From assembly GCA_051294375.1 (NCBI GenBank), contig CM119270.1, positions 18,291,166 to 18,333,921 on the forward strand: a DNA stretch of 42,756 nucleotides, in the 5' to 3' direction. The notes below the pieces were generated by a model. It did no database searches. It worked only from the letters and a program-made list of their open reading frames with translations, and was not told the DNA's origin. Position numbers and translations under genes: made by a program. The stretch comes from Paraspadella gotoi (Eukaryota > Animalia > Chaetognatha). This document shows, piece after piece, positions 1 to 12,123 of the stretch. Each line of letters begins with the position of its first letter. The first letter of the stretch is position 1.

Positions 1-1
1 T

Positions 2-222
2 CTCTTGCACTACAGCGTCCAATGCGTTCTGCCCATCAACCTCTACAACGATAAACTCTACGCGTGTCTCACCCTCTGGTTCATCTTTCTCTCCGTGTTG
101 ACGCTGTGTTCCATCTTTCTCTGGTTGTGGAGGAACGCCCATCGGAACCGAATGAACTTCGTCAAGGGATACTTGACGCGGTTGAAGAAGCTCAAGAACC
201 GGGAAGACAAGAGACTATGCAG
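2..222 (+). CDS. inx: Innexin (invertebrate gap junction protein), penultimate visible exon: second extracellular loop Cys and TM4; 5' truncated by window edge
   Basis: Translation HYSVQCVLPINLYNDKLYACLTLWFIFLSVLT matches the innexin signature (xQCVLPINxFNEKIFxFLWFWF). Ends in AG|GTCAGG donor (phase 2) at 222/223. Confidence 0.93.
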
Positions 223-936
223 GTCAGGGGTTTTTTTGTGTTTTTTTTCGTTTTTGTTTTGTTTTGTTTTGTTTTGGCTGGGTGGGGGGGTAATGTGTTT
301 TTGCGTGTTTATAAAACTTTGGTTGGTTTTTTTTGTTGTTTTTTTTTGGAACTGTAACGGAATTTTTTTATTGTTTACAAACCACAAATTTTCTTTGGGG
401 GGGTGAAATAAAAAAATTATTTACGATTTATTATCTGAGCGATTCAAAAATGGAGTAAAATCGCAATTTCTCGGGTTTTTTAACATATTAATCAAATACT
501 TTTTTTAAGGTTTTGTTTCTGTTAATATTTTATTTATTGCAATATTTATTTTTTTTTTAATTAAAACTTTACGTTCGGGCAAAAAAAATATTTTTTTTAA
601 TTTATACTCTTAATTTTTAATTACGTTGGTTTCGTTTTTATTCTATTTCCAGTCCAGGCCAAAGCTTCCTAATGTTAAAAATTCCTTCTGATTTCTGTAA
701 AGCGGCGCAATAAGACCAGATTTAAATTATTTTTTTGTTTATAAAAAAATTCCGGTTTATTTATCCTTTTTTCATTTGTCCATCAAGCGTTGTTCTTTTT
801 TTGACTCGTCCGCCGCCATTTTCTTTTCCCCAAAACTTCGCTTTTCTTTTTATTTCCTCGATTTGTTTTCGTTCGTTTGGAATCTCTAGTCTGAAATAAG
901 TCATCCGAGAGAAAGTCTCGCTCTCCCTAGAAGGAA

Positions 937-1150
937 CTGACTTTCCCTGGTCTTACTCTACCTCTTACTTTCCCTGCTCCTGCTCTACCCCTTACTTTCC
1001 CTGCTCCTACTCTATCCCTTACTTTCCCTGCTCCTACTCTACCCCTTACTTTCCCTGCTTCTACTCTACCCCTTACTTTCTCTGCTCCTACTCTACCCCT
1101 TACTTTCCCTGGTCCTACTCTACCCCTTACTTTCCCAGGTCCTCTACCCC
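937..1150. repeat. 27-bp minisatellite, about 8 copies, in innexin intron
   Basis: Unit CTTACTTTCCCTGCTCCTACTCTACCC starts at 937, 964, 991, 1018, 1045, 1072, 1099, 1126. Confidence 0.95.
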
Positions 1151-1621
1151 TCTTCCTCCTCTCACTCCCCTTTCCCTTACCTTTTTTTCCTGACCTTAAA
1201 CCTTACCCTTCTACTCGAATCATAAATAACCCAGGACCCAAAACATTAAACGAAAAATAGCGAGAGAAGGAAGAAGGAAGCAGTTTTTCCAATTTCGGTA
1301 CGATTTTGGTAAAATGTAAAAATTGGTCAAAAATTTAATGGAATGAAAAATTAATGTGAAATTTCTACATTTTTACTAAATTTAGTAAAATAAAAAAAAT
1401 TCAAACAGTTAAACTTTGCTCCAATCATTTGGTAAAAAGTAATATTTGGTCAAAAATATAAAATGTGGTTTATATTTTGTTAAAAATGTAAAAATGTAAA
1501 AAATGGGTTTCAAAACTTTGTAAAATGTAAAATAAAATGTACTCATGAATTGTTTAACCAACTCTTTGACAACCCCTCCCCCCAAACCCTTTGACAACCC
1601 CCCCCCCAAACCTCCCTCCAG

Positions 1622-1991
1622 AAAATTCACGACGATTTACCTTCGCCGAGACGGGATCTTCATCCTCCAACTGGTGGAGATCAACATCGGCGGGATCGTC
1701 GTCGCCGCGGTGCTGGACAAACTGTGGGAGGACTACAAGCGGCGCCAGATGCACGAGGTGCACGGCGGCAGCATCAATCAGTCGCAGGGCGGTGCCTGGC
1801 CGCCCGCCAACATCGGGGCTGACGGAATGCCGCTCATCAACACTCAGACTGGTGAGGGAAGAGGAAGGGGAGGAGGAGGAGGAGGAAGGAGGAGGAGGAG
1901 TGTCATGTGGGCCGACGAAAACGACGACGATGACGACGAAGACGAAAATAAAATCCCTTACGTTTTGGTCTCGATGATTCGGTTCAATTGA
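1622..1991 (+). CDS. inx: Innexin C-terminal exon
   Basis: Acceptor ccctccag at 1621; phase-2 join gives AGA then KFTTIYLRRDGIFILQLVEINIGGIVVAAVLDKLWEDYK, matching the conserved innexin YLRxDGxFxLRL...LW motif. Open to TGA at 1989-1991. An internal G|GTGAGG at 1851/1852 could be an alternative donor. Confidence 0.88.
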
Positions 1992-1992
1992 A

Positions 1993-2052
1993 TGACGATG
2001 ACGATGATGACGACGACGATGACGACGACGACGATGATGACGACGACGATGA
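1993..2052. repeat. (GAC/GAT)n trinucleotide microsatellite just after the innexin stop
   Basis: Directly visible run of gacgac/gatgat triplets. Confidence 0.9.
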
Positions 2053-3408
2053 ATGATAATATAATTTTCATCGATGTATGAAAGGTTGAAACTGTTGCAG
2101 AGTGTTTTTATCTTTAACTTACTCATTAATACTATATAAAAACTATTAACTAATATATGCAATCTTTATATCCTTTAAACGCCTCTCTAAAAAAATTTAA
2201 GTTTGTAATAGGATTGAATTTTTTAAAAAAAATTCCTCACGTTTATCTCAAGTTTACCTGAAAATTTTATATTCTGCTTGATAAAGTGCTTTCTGCCTCG
2301 TGCCAATTGCTTATTGCTTAAAGCCAAGTGCCTTTTTATTTCGTATTGACGATAAAAATTAATCAGCGACTGTCCCTGCTGATTTTTTGAGTGATGCAAG
2401 ACAAAACATAAAAACGACAACAAAATATATCATACCCTTACTTTACTTTATTAAATCGATTACGTCAACAAAATAACGTATTTCGTCTCTCCCCTTATTT
2501 TGATAATAATTAGCACAAAAAAACCACAGTATTCAACTATTTTACTACTTTGCCTATGGTTCAGTCATGGACAACAAAAACGAGGTTTTTTTTTTAATAA
2601 TTTCGGATTTATGATATATGACAATCTGTATTATACCCTCAAAATTATTTTTGTCAGTTTTTCTATCAACAATCCGTCCGTCCTGAAACTTTTTTTTACT
2701 TTTTATATCTGTGTCTTTACATTTCTTAATCACCTATCTCATTTATACTTGAACAAGTGTTTTGGTGTTCAATAATGATATACATATTGTTAATTATTTT
2801 AGAAGAAAATGTAGTATGTAAAATGAGATAAATGCTGCATTAAAATAATTTCAAAAGTTAAGGAATTTGAAGATTACCAGCAAAAATAATTTAATATAAC
2901 TATAATTTACTAAAGTGGGTATTTTTGAAATTTTTACAAGAATTGATGTGTCAAAATTTTTTATTGAAAATTAAAACAAGGGGTTTAGCTGCGAGTTTAT
3001 ACTATGGTTGAAAAAATTTGATGTTGAGATAATTCTAAAAAAAATATACGAATAGACATGAAACGACGATTTTTTTCCATTTTCAGATTCTGCCAAAAAA
3101 GTTGGGGGGAAGAAGGTAAAAAGAGTAAAGAAAGGAAGTATCATCGTGGCTCAACCTTCTGTGTGCCTTTCAAACCAAAGACTAAATCGCTAAATAAATT
3201 ACTAAATATTTGTAAAAACTTAGTCGTTGTTCTACTTTTCGAAACACACACGTATCTTGTACTTGTTTTTTTTTTTAAACAGCAATACGATCCAAATTTT
3301 ATAAACAAAATAAAAATTTATGTTGCGCGTTTTCACAAAATAAAAACAAAAGAAATCACAGACTTAGCAGATCACGTTTCACGTTCAATTTCACAACCAC
3401 TCGAGACT

Positions 3409-3460
3409 TGATTGGTGATTCTAGACTCTAGAGCTTCGACCGCCACGCGCGGTCACGTGA
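3409..3460. promoter_or_regulatory. Possible promoter-like patch (inverted CCAAT box plus E-box GGTCACGTGA)
   Basis: TGATTGG at 3409-3415 and GGTCACGTGA at 3451-3460 in a short CpG-rich island inside AT-rich DNA. Motif match only. Confidence 0.2.
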
Positions 3461-3732
3461 GAGTGAATTCTTAATCTATTTTTTTTTTATTCAAAACAAT
3501 TTCCTTTCGTCTCAATTTCTTTTTTCCCTCAAAAATCGTAAATTTGTTTCAAAATCGTCAAAATATTTTTTTTTTAACTTTTAAAGAAAAATAAATAAAA
3601 CGAATTTTTTTTTTGCAAATTTTTTGACTCGAAAAAAAAAATCGTGAAATTCCCAAATTGTCTCAACTTTTCTTCTTCCTCTTCCTCCTCTTTTTTCCCG
3701 TCTCAACCGTGAATCGCAAAAAATAAACTCAC

Positions 3733-3760
3733 CGTCACATTCACCGCACTGTTCACCAAA
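3733..3760 (-). CDS. Possible exon fragment (FGEQCGECD, Cys-rich/EGF-like spacing) truncated by gap
   Basis: Minus strand TTTGGTGAACAGTGCGGTGAATGTGACG followed by consensus donor GTGAGT; only 28 nt are visible before the N gap. Confidence 0.3.
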
Positions 3761-3785
3761 NNNNNNNNNNNNNNNNNNNNNNNNN
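3761..3785. other. Assembly gap (25 N)
   Basis: Run of 25 N; identical-length gaps at 12099-12123, 22850-22874 and 37788-37812. Confidence 0.99.
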
Positions 3786-3884
3786 TCTTTCCACTGCCCC
3801 CTTATCCTCGCGGCCTTTTAAACCTCACCCCCCCCTTCCCCAAAATAACCTTCCCCTTCCCCCCCCCAACTAAACCCTTGTCAG

Positions 3885-4185
3885 ACCCACCCCTTTGGTG
3901 TCCCCACGTCCCCCCTGAACATAAACGAGACCCACGGCCCATCGGGCTCGCTCCCTCAGCGAGCCATCCCGGGCTCAGCAAGCGGGCATCCAAGTGACCA
4001 TCGGCCCTTCCTTCTCCGCCCAACCTTTCCGTCGCGTTGCTGCTGGCGCACGGATCTCGTCCAAGGAGCAGCAGCAGCAGTCCAAGATGCAAAACTCCGC
4101 CTCTCAGCATCAACAGCATCAGCAGCAGCATCAGGGTGGCTGCAGCATGTCGGCCTCCAACCTCGGCTCCTCCGCCGGACTCCTT
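3885..4185 (+). CDS. Putative exon of unidentified gene, Gln/His/Ser-rich low-complexity segment (contains indel errors)
   Basis: GC-rich island after a C-rich tract and ttgtcag acceptor (3884). Consensus with the copy at 10266-10500 reads ASHPGLSKRASQVTIGLPSPPNYSVALLLPHGSSSKEQQQQSKMQNSASQHQQHQQQHQGG; possible donor GTAAAA at 4186. No recognisable domain. Confidence 0.5.
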
Positions 4186-4236
4186 GTAAAAAAAACCACA
4201 CCTCTCCAGATTCTTCCTCTCTCCTCTCTCTCTCTC

Positions 4237-4285
<49 letters not shown>

Positions 4286-6013
4286 TTTTTTGTTTCCTCC
4301 ACTGTCACCCCCCGCCTTCCTCTCCCTTCGCCTCCTATTTTTTTTTTTTTTTTTTTTTATTTCGTTCCATAAGAAATTTTACGAAAAAAGTTTTTTTGTT
4401 TATCGATTGAGAAATGGGTTGCTTGGAAACGACCTCTGCCTGCTTCGGGTCTCACTCCTCAAAATAAACAAAAGCACATTCGACACTATGTTTAGTCAAT
4501 ACACTCCACAAGATTTTTAGGTATATCTCTCATACTTATTCTATTTTTTTTTTAGTAAATTTTCATTTTAAAGAACCCACTTCCGACCCCTCTATACGAT
4601 TCGTACTTTTCTATTTTGTTTAGTTCAAACGCTACATGTTTTTATTTATTTAATTATTAACATTTACGGTGAGTAAAATTTTTTTTTTTAGTTTTCGTGG
4701 TATTGCTTTTTTCTTTTAGTTGTCAAACAACAAACCCCGCCCTGTTTCAGTGTCGTTTTTTTCGTGAAATAAAAATGTGGTGTTTTTAATAATCAAATCT
4801 GGTGATAGTTCAACGTCTCTTCACCTACAAATTTTAAAAACCCATTTAAAAAAAAAAATCGTCATAACCAGACAGGGCGAAGCGTCTTACTTTATTTCGT
4901 TAAGGTAGTAATGATAAACGACGTATTTATTTAAATATTTAAAACGCCCATCGCCTGGTAATGCTCTCTTCTACTTAGTACCGAAGACTTTCCAGGTAGA
5001 TAGACCAAAATAAATAAATACCCCGATTAAAAAGCCTGTAACTTACAGTGTTAACTGTCAAGCATCTAATCGTGAGTGACTTTCCTCTAACGTACGAATG
5101 CCCGAAAAGTTGGATGTGAATTCGTTCGGTGTTACGTGTATCGACGTCCGTCACTGGTTATCCCGCTCACCCTGTCTTCTATTCTATTCCTTATCTCTTA
5201 ATTGTACACTTGTTACAAATCCCTACTGTGTGATTCAGTTAAAATCATTTTGATGTTGTTCCTCTTGTGAAAAGAAATTGCTAAAATAAAACTTAAAAAG
5301 GTCCTATTATAAATATAAACCAGAAAAAGTTAAGTTCTCCATCCAAGAACTTAAGCTACGGTAGTTTTAATTTTTTATATTTTTTTTTTAAATTTTACTA
5401 GTTTTATGTATAAAGAAACACTGGTTATTTTTTAGCGCCAATAGTTAGTTGCAATGACACTACGGTCAGTCCCAAATTTGCCATTTCCAATTTTTTTTAG
5501 CAAGGCGCGTTTTTATTCTCATTATTAATACATTTATAATTTTTTTTAATACGTATTAAAACTTTTTTAAAGAATTGAAAAAATATTTTTTTAAAACCTT
5601 TTTTTTCTTTGTCTATAGTCCAGGAGGGTAGTTTATAAAATCATAGAAGAGGTCACATAAACTAAGATACGATAAAAAAAAAAAAAGCCGTTTATATCAT
5701 TACGAATTCTCTACTAGTATTTTCCTCTTATCTCACCCGATCCTCTCTCATGTTACGTATCAAACATTCGATTCGATTATAAAGATCTAAACTCTTTTTT
5801 TTTCTCTCTCCCCCCTCCCTTTTCTTTTTTTTTTTTCTTCTTTTCATTCCTTCCCTCTCCACCAATCGGTGCGGCCCACCCGCCCCAATTTCCACAAAAC
5901 TCCAACCGACCAACTCTTCGCCACCCCACCCCCTCCCCTCAACCCCCGACCCCTTCCCCTACTCCCCCCCACCTGGCACCCCACCCCTTCAAACTCCCCC
6001 CCCCCTCAAATAG

Positions 6014-6303
6014 GGGCAAATTTATCTGAAGTTGAACGCGGACAAACAGGCGGAAGTCTGGTGGCGTTGGACACGGCGTCAGTAAACGGCGTCTCGACCA
6101 CCATCACCACTCTCATCACCACCCCCACCACTTCGTCGACGGGGGGTCCCAACATGACCGCCATGACCGCCAACATCGCCGCCGATAACATGATGGCGCC
6201 GCCGCCGCCGCCGCATCACGACGCCGGAAAGTTCCGCCAGCAGCAGCAGCGGCGGAGGAAAGATTCAAAACGTCGCCCATCGGCGCCGTCGGATCTTGTT
6301 TGA
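6014..6303 (+). CDS. Putative terminal exon of unidentified gene (poly-His, poly-Pro, ends RPSAPSDLV*)
   Basis: C-rich tract then aatag acceptor (6013); GC-rich coding-like sequence. Consensus of three copies reads GVDHHHHPHHHPHHFVDGGPNMTAMTANIAADNMMAPPPPPHHDAGKFRSSSSGGGKIQNVRPSAPSDLV*; followed by AT-rich 3'UTR-like sequence. Frame at the 5' end is ambiguous because of indels. Confidence 0.55.
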
Positions 6304-9300
6304 GGAAGAGCGCTGCCCGGTCTCGTTGGCGCCGGTTTCGTAGCGCCGCCGCGCCTTCTTTCTTTTTTTTGTATTCTCAAGAGAGCGCCGTTTCGGATCT
6401 AAAGTTTGAGCAGCGCCGACGCGCCGGTTTTTTTAAAAATTGACGTCGATTTTTGTTTGTGTTTTTTTTTACTGAGAAATTAATCGCCGTCGCACTGAAG
6501 TCGCTCTCTCTCTTTTTTTTTTAAGTAGAGAGAGATAGAGAGAGAGCGGCGTCCAGGGCGCGTTTCGGACTTGCATGAGCCCGTCCCCCCCCCCTTGCAA
6601 TCCATTGTCTCAACTTTTTTTAATTTATTTTTTAATTGCGAAATTGTTTGTTTGAAAACAAAAGACGACGACGACGACGAATTTAAACAAAGAAAATATA
6701 TTAATTTATTTATTTATTGTTTCGCCATTTAGAATTTTTACTTTTTTCTTTTCCTCTTTCGTGATTATCATCGCAGTTAATTTTTTCTTTGTCTCATCGT
6801 ACTAATAATAATGAACATCACATATTATGATTTATTAAAACCGCATTTCTATGTAGGATTGTAGTCCAAAAAATTTTTTTTTTGAAAAAAAGATTTTTTT
6901 CGATTTTAGTTTCGGCTTCATTTTTTCTCTTTGATATAGAATAACTATATTATATATACCTATATATAATATATACTAAAAATATAATAACTTTATTATA
7001 GTTTTTCAAGTTTCTTTTTTTTTTTCTCCAAACTTTCTTTTTAGCGTAGAATCCGCCAAAAACAATCACAAAACTACGCGACAGTGAACACAGCACGAAC
7101 TGTCTGTATGACCGCGGTCTTCCTTTCCTCCCTTTTATTTGGCCCACTCCCCATTTTTGCCGGCGCTCGTTTAACCTAAAGCCCTTCTCTCTCTCTCTCT
7201 TCTCTCTCTCTCTCCTTCTCTCTCCTCCTCTCTCTCTCTCGTCTCTCTCTCTCTCTCTCTCCCTCGCTATCCACCGACTCTCAGATTGAAAATTAGAATT
7301 CAGGACTACTCTTCAAATCAGAACTTTGTCCCTACCTTTTCCGACTTCAAACCTTCGCAAAAAAAAAATATTCTTTGCACAAGCAAATCTGTCTTAATTG
7401 TGAAACTATTTGTAACATTTTCATCAAGACGCAAAACGGACATTTACATTTTTCAAGAGAGTTTGAAGAAGTCACATCCATAAATTTTCGCGCGTCAACT
7501 TTTCGTACGCTAATAAGTTTTTTGTTTGTTTTTGTTTTTTTGTTTTTTTATTAATTTGGTTCTCCACCTGCCGGAGCACTCTTTAGACCCACCTTTCCAA
7601 AGAAAATCATTTGCATTCAACCCACCCCCTGACGGTGAACAGGATCATAGCAATAGCCCACTTTCTCGAGATCATAGCATATCCGCATTTATCCCCATCA
7701 CAACGTAACCCTCAGATAAAAGGCGGTCAAATTTTGAAGAATCTCAAAATATTTCACGTTCATTCGTGAATGACAATGCGAGAAGAAATTTTGTCGTCGT
7801 ATAAGCCAATATTTTATTTAAAATCCAAGATAAATAAATAAATAAAATAAATAACTTTGATGTTTTATAGATGAATTGGAGAAAAAACATATTTGTCTCT
7901 CTCTCTCTAACGTCGCTCACAACGCAATTTTTTTTCACGAATGTACAGCATCTATGTATTTCTCTCTCTTTCGGCTCTTCCTCCCTCTCCCTCTCTCTCC
8001 CTCTCTCTCTTTCTCTCTCTTTCTTCCCTATCTCTCACTTGTATATATAGCGGCCGAACTTTCAGCGCATAATGATTAATAATTTATTCTAGTCGAATTC
8101 TGTCTAATTTCAAATTGTGAATTTGTTTGTACAGAACTTTTTTCTTCGAGACTGAAAATTGTCTGCTCTACGAGGAAGCGTCGTTCGCTTCCGCTCGCCT
8201 ATATTTTTAGGTTTTCAATTTCTGCCAGAAATGCAATAATCATTGAATCTGAAAACAACTATGTTACAAATTACGTTCGAAACTTATTCACATTGATCTT
8301 TGTTACGCCAAAATTGTGATGTACAAATATATTGTGGCCATAGATTGTGATAACAGAAATATTCAGTGCATTTTATTTTTTTTTCCCTCTAAAAATGTAA
8401 TAAGAACCATAATTTTTTTTTTAGTTTATGACGGAAATAGATATTTCAAATATTCTGCATTATTGGAGGTTGGCAGTGATGTTTAGATTAAATTCGGAAA
8501 GTATGAAGATTTTTTAAAAGGTCTTTCCTTCAATAACGATCTTAATTATGCTTTTGAATATAATAAATTATTACAATAACTAAAAAATAAAAAGAAATTG
8601 GAATCTTATTTGCATTCGGATTACAAGATTCTCGTTTGTAAATGTTTTTCTTTTTTTTAAACATAACATTTTAAAGATACAGTATTTGTACATTTTGTTC
8701 ACTTATCGGCTTTAAAAAAAAATAAAAAAGTCTCGTGTTTTCGTTTAGTGCACTTTTTCTATACTTTTATTTTTTTTTGCAAAAAAAAAAATAATTAACA
8801 AAAACATTGGTATCATTTTTTAATCGCTGTTGATTATTTTGAGTGCGACATTTTAACGATGGCAATAACAAAGGATTATTCGTGTCGAATACTTGTACTT
8901 GGTGGAACTTCATTTTTAAATTGATATTCATTACTAATTAAAAAAAATTAAACTTTTTTAAAATTTAAAGTTACCTTTTTTTTTATAAGTGACAATAATG
9001 ATATTAAGATTTTGATAGTTTTCCGTCTTTATTTTAAAAGTGTTACGAAAAAGTAAATACAAAAGGTAGAAATTAACAATCGATTTGAAATGATTCCTAC
9101 TAAGAATTTAATCTTCAACCAAACGAACTTTAATTTAATTTCGCGCGTTTTTTTTTGGTTTTTTTTTTTCAATTAAAGGAAAGCATCAAGCAAAACAAAT
9201 AAAAAAAAACACATTTCTTTGTCTTCATCGCATCATTTTTAGAGAAATAATCACTTTTTTTCTTTCATTCAAAATACAGTTTCAATTTTTATTTTGAATA

Positions 9301-9810
9301 TTTTTTTCTTAATTTTTCATTTTCTATACGTTTAGTTTCGCTCATATCCACGATTTTAAAAAAACAAAACAAAAAAAAACAAAACAAAAAAAACCAACAA
9401 AAACAGGAATATAATCATTACAGATACATGCTACTACTTATGGAGCCGAATCTAGAGAAAAAAAAGTATTTATTGCTAGTTTAGAGAAATTCTTCACCGT
9501 TTCTCTCTCTCTTTCTCTTTTTTTTTTGTTTTGATATCATTCACTAATAGAAATTGTTTTTGTGCTTACTTCTTGTATATCATAAGCGAACAAAAAAAAA
9601 AAAAATTCGTTGATTCAAAAAAAAAAATAAAATAAATTCATCTTATCGTTAATAATTTGCCTGTGTGGTTTATTTGTTTATTGTTACTATTGAGCCCGAG
9701 ATAAAAAATAGAAATAAGGCGAAAGTTAAATATTTAAAATGTTGTTGTTGTTGTTTTGCTGCCGTCGTTTCTTCGGGAGCTAAAAGGGACGCAAGGAGGC
9801 CTTTTTTTGA

Positions 9811-9868
<58 letters not shown>

Positions 9869-10014
9869 AGAGAGGGAGTAGAGATAGAGAAGAGGGGAGA
9901 GGAAGAGGAGGGGAATGAGGAAGGAAAGGAGAGGAGAGGAGTGAAAGACGGAAGTGAAAAGTCGTGTTTATCCGAGAAATCTTCGTTTGGGAGGCGAAGG
10001 ACGTCAGAGGGAAG

Positions 10015-10262
10015 AAAAACCGGGCAGAGGTCATACTCGCAGAGAATCGGCAAAGGGTTCATTCTTGCAGAGAGAATCCGGCAAAGAGGTCGGTCCTTGC
10101 GGTAAAACCGGCAGATTTTCAGTTCTTAGTTTAGGGATCCGGCAAAGCGGTCAGTCTTTTAGCAGAGAAATCGCGGCGAAGAGGTCAAGTTCTTGGCGGT
10201 AGAATCCGCTTAAAGGTACTCGGTAAGGAAAAAAGGGCGAAGTGGTCACTGACCTGTGACCA
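10015..10262. repeat. ~31-bp minisatellite with CCGGCA core
   Basis: Unit approx. GCAGAGAATCCGGCAAAGAGGTCAGTTCTTG; same array at 22143-22390 and inverted at about 13615-13870. Confidence 0.85.
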
Positions 10263-10265
10263 TAG

Positions 10266-10551
10266 TCCCTCAGCGAGCCATCCCGGGCTCAGCAAGCGGG
10301 CATCCCAAGTGACCATCGGCCTTCCTTCTCCGCCCAACTATTCCGTCGCGTTGCTGCTGCCGCACGGATCCTCGTCCAAGGAGCAGCAGCAGCAGTCCAA
10401 GATGCAAAACTCCGCCTCTCAGCATCAACAGCATCAGCAGCAGCATCAGGGTGGCTGCAGCATGTCGGCCTCCAACCTCGGCTCCTCCGCCGGACTCCTT
10501 GTAAAAAAAACCACACCTCTCCAGATTCTTCCTCTCTCCTCTCTCTCTCTC

Positions 10552-10600
<49 letters not shown>

Positions 10601-12098
10601 TTTTTTGTTTCCTCCACTGTCACCCCCCGCCTTCCTCTCCCTTCGCCTCCTATTTTTTTTTTTTTTTTTTTTTATTTCGTTCCATAAGAAATTTTACGAA
10701 AAAAGTGTTTTTTGTTTACGATATGAGAAATGGGTTGCTTGGAAACGACCTCTGCCTGCTTCGGGTCTCACTCCTCAAATAAACAAAAGCACATTCGACA
10801 CTATGTTTAGTCAATACACTCCACAAGATTTTTAGGTATACTCTCATACTTATTCTATTTTTTTTTTAGTAATTTTCATTTTAAAGAACCCACTTCCGAC
10901 CCCTCTATACGATTCCGTCACTTTTCTATTTTGTTTAGTTCAAACCTACATGTTTTTATTTATTTAATTATTACATTTACGTTGAGTAAATTTTTTTTTA
11001 GTTTTCGTGGTATGCTTTTTTCTTTAGTTGTCAAACAAACAAACCCCGCCCTTGTTTCAGTGTCGTTTTTTTCGTGAAATAAAAATCGTGGTGTTTTTAA
11101 TAATCAAATCTGGTGATAGTTCAACGTCTCTTCACCTACAAATTTTAAAACCCATTTAAAAAAAAATCGTCATACCAGACAGGGCGAAGCGTCTTACTTT
11201 ATTTCGTTAAGGTAGTAATGATAAACGACGTATTTATTTAAATATTAAAACGCCCATCGCCTGGTATGCTCTCTTCTACTTAGTACCGAAGACTTTCCGG
11301 TAGATAGAACCAAAATAAATAAATACCCCGATTAAAAAGCCTGTAACTTACAGTGTTAACTGTCAAGCATCTAATCGTGAGTGACTTTCCCTCTAACGTA
11401 CGAATGCCCGAAAAGTTGGATGTGAATTCGTTCGGTGTTACGTGTATCGACTCCCGTCACTGGTTATCCCGCTCACCCTGTCTTCTATTCTCATTCCTTA
11501 TCTCTTAATTGTACACTTGTTACAAATCCCTACTGTGTGATTCAGTTAAAATCATTTTGATGTTGTTCCTCTTGTGAAAAGAAATTGCTAAAATAAAACT
11601 TAAAAAGGTCCTATTATAAAATATAAACAGAAAAAGTTAAGTTCTCAATCCAAGAACTTAGCTACGGTAGTTTTAATTTTTTATATTTTTTTTTTAAATT
11701 TTACTAGTATTCATGTATAAAGAAACACTGGTTATTTTTTAGCGCCATAGTTAGTTGCATGACACTACGGTCAGTCACCAAATTTGCCATTTCCAATTTT
11801 TTTAGCACAGGCGTTTTATTCTCATTATTAATACATTTATAATTTTTTTTATAACGGTATTAAAACTTTTTTAAAGAATTGAAAAAATATTTTTTAAACC
11901 TTTTTTTTCTTTGTCTATAGTCCAGGAGGGTAGTTTATAAAATCATAGAAGAGGTCACATAAACTAAGATACGATAAAAAAAAAAAAAGCCGTTTACTAT
12001 CATTACGTAATTCTCTACTAGTAATTTTCCTCTTATCTCACACCCGATCCTCTCTCATGTTACGTATCAAACATTCGATTCGATTATAAAGATTCTAA
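10266..12098 (+). repeat. Direct duplicate of 3952-5789 (includes copy of the Gln-rich exon at 10266-10500)
   Basis: Colinear near-identity from tccctcagcgagcc to gat(t)ctaa, differing mainly by 1-nt indels; ends at a 25-N gap. Confidence 0.95.
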
Positions 12099-12123
12099 NN
12101 NNNNNNNNNNNNNNNNNNNNNNN

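Noticed and set aside
223-406. Hydrophobic extension of ORF 5..406 as extra TM segments
   Set aside because: T-rich intron sequence after the GT donor at 223; the innexin continues at 1622.
1554-2162. 202-aa minus-strand ORF
   Set aside because: Antisense shadow of the GC-rich innexin exon plus the GAC repeat.
2223-2423. 66-aa minus-strand ORF with ordinary composition
   Set aside because: No recognisable motif and no convincing splice or start context.
5461-5492. Tc1/mariner-like terminal inverted repeat (TACGGTCAGTCCCAAA)
   Set aside because: No matching inverted partner or transposase found in the window.
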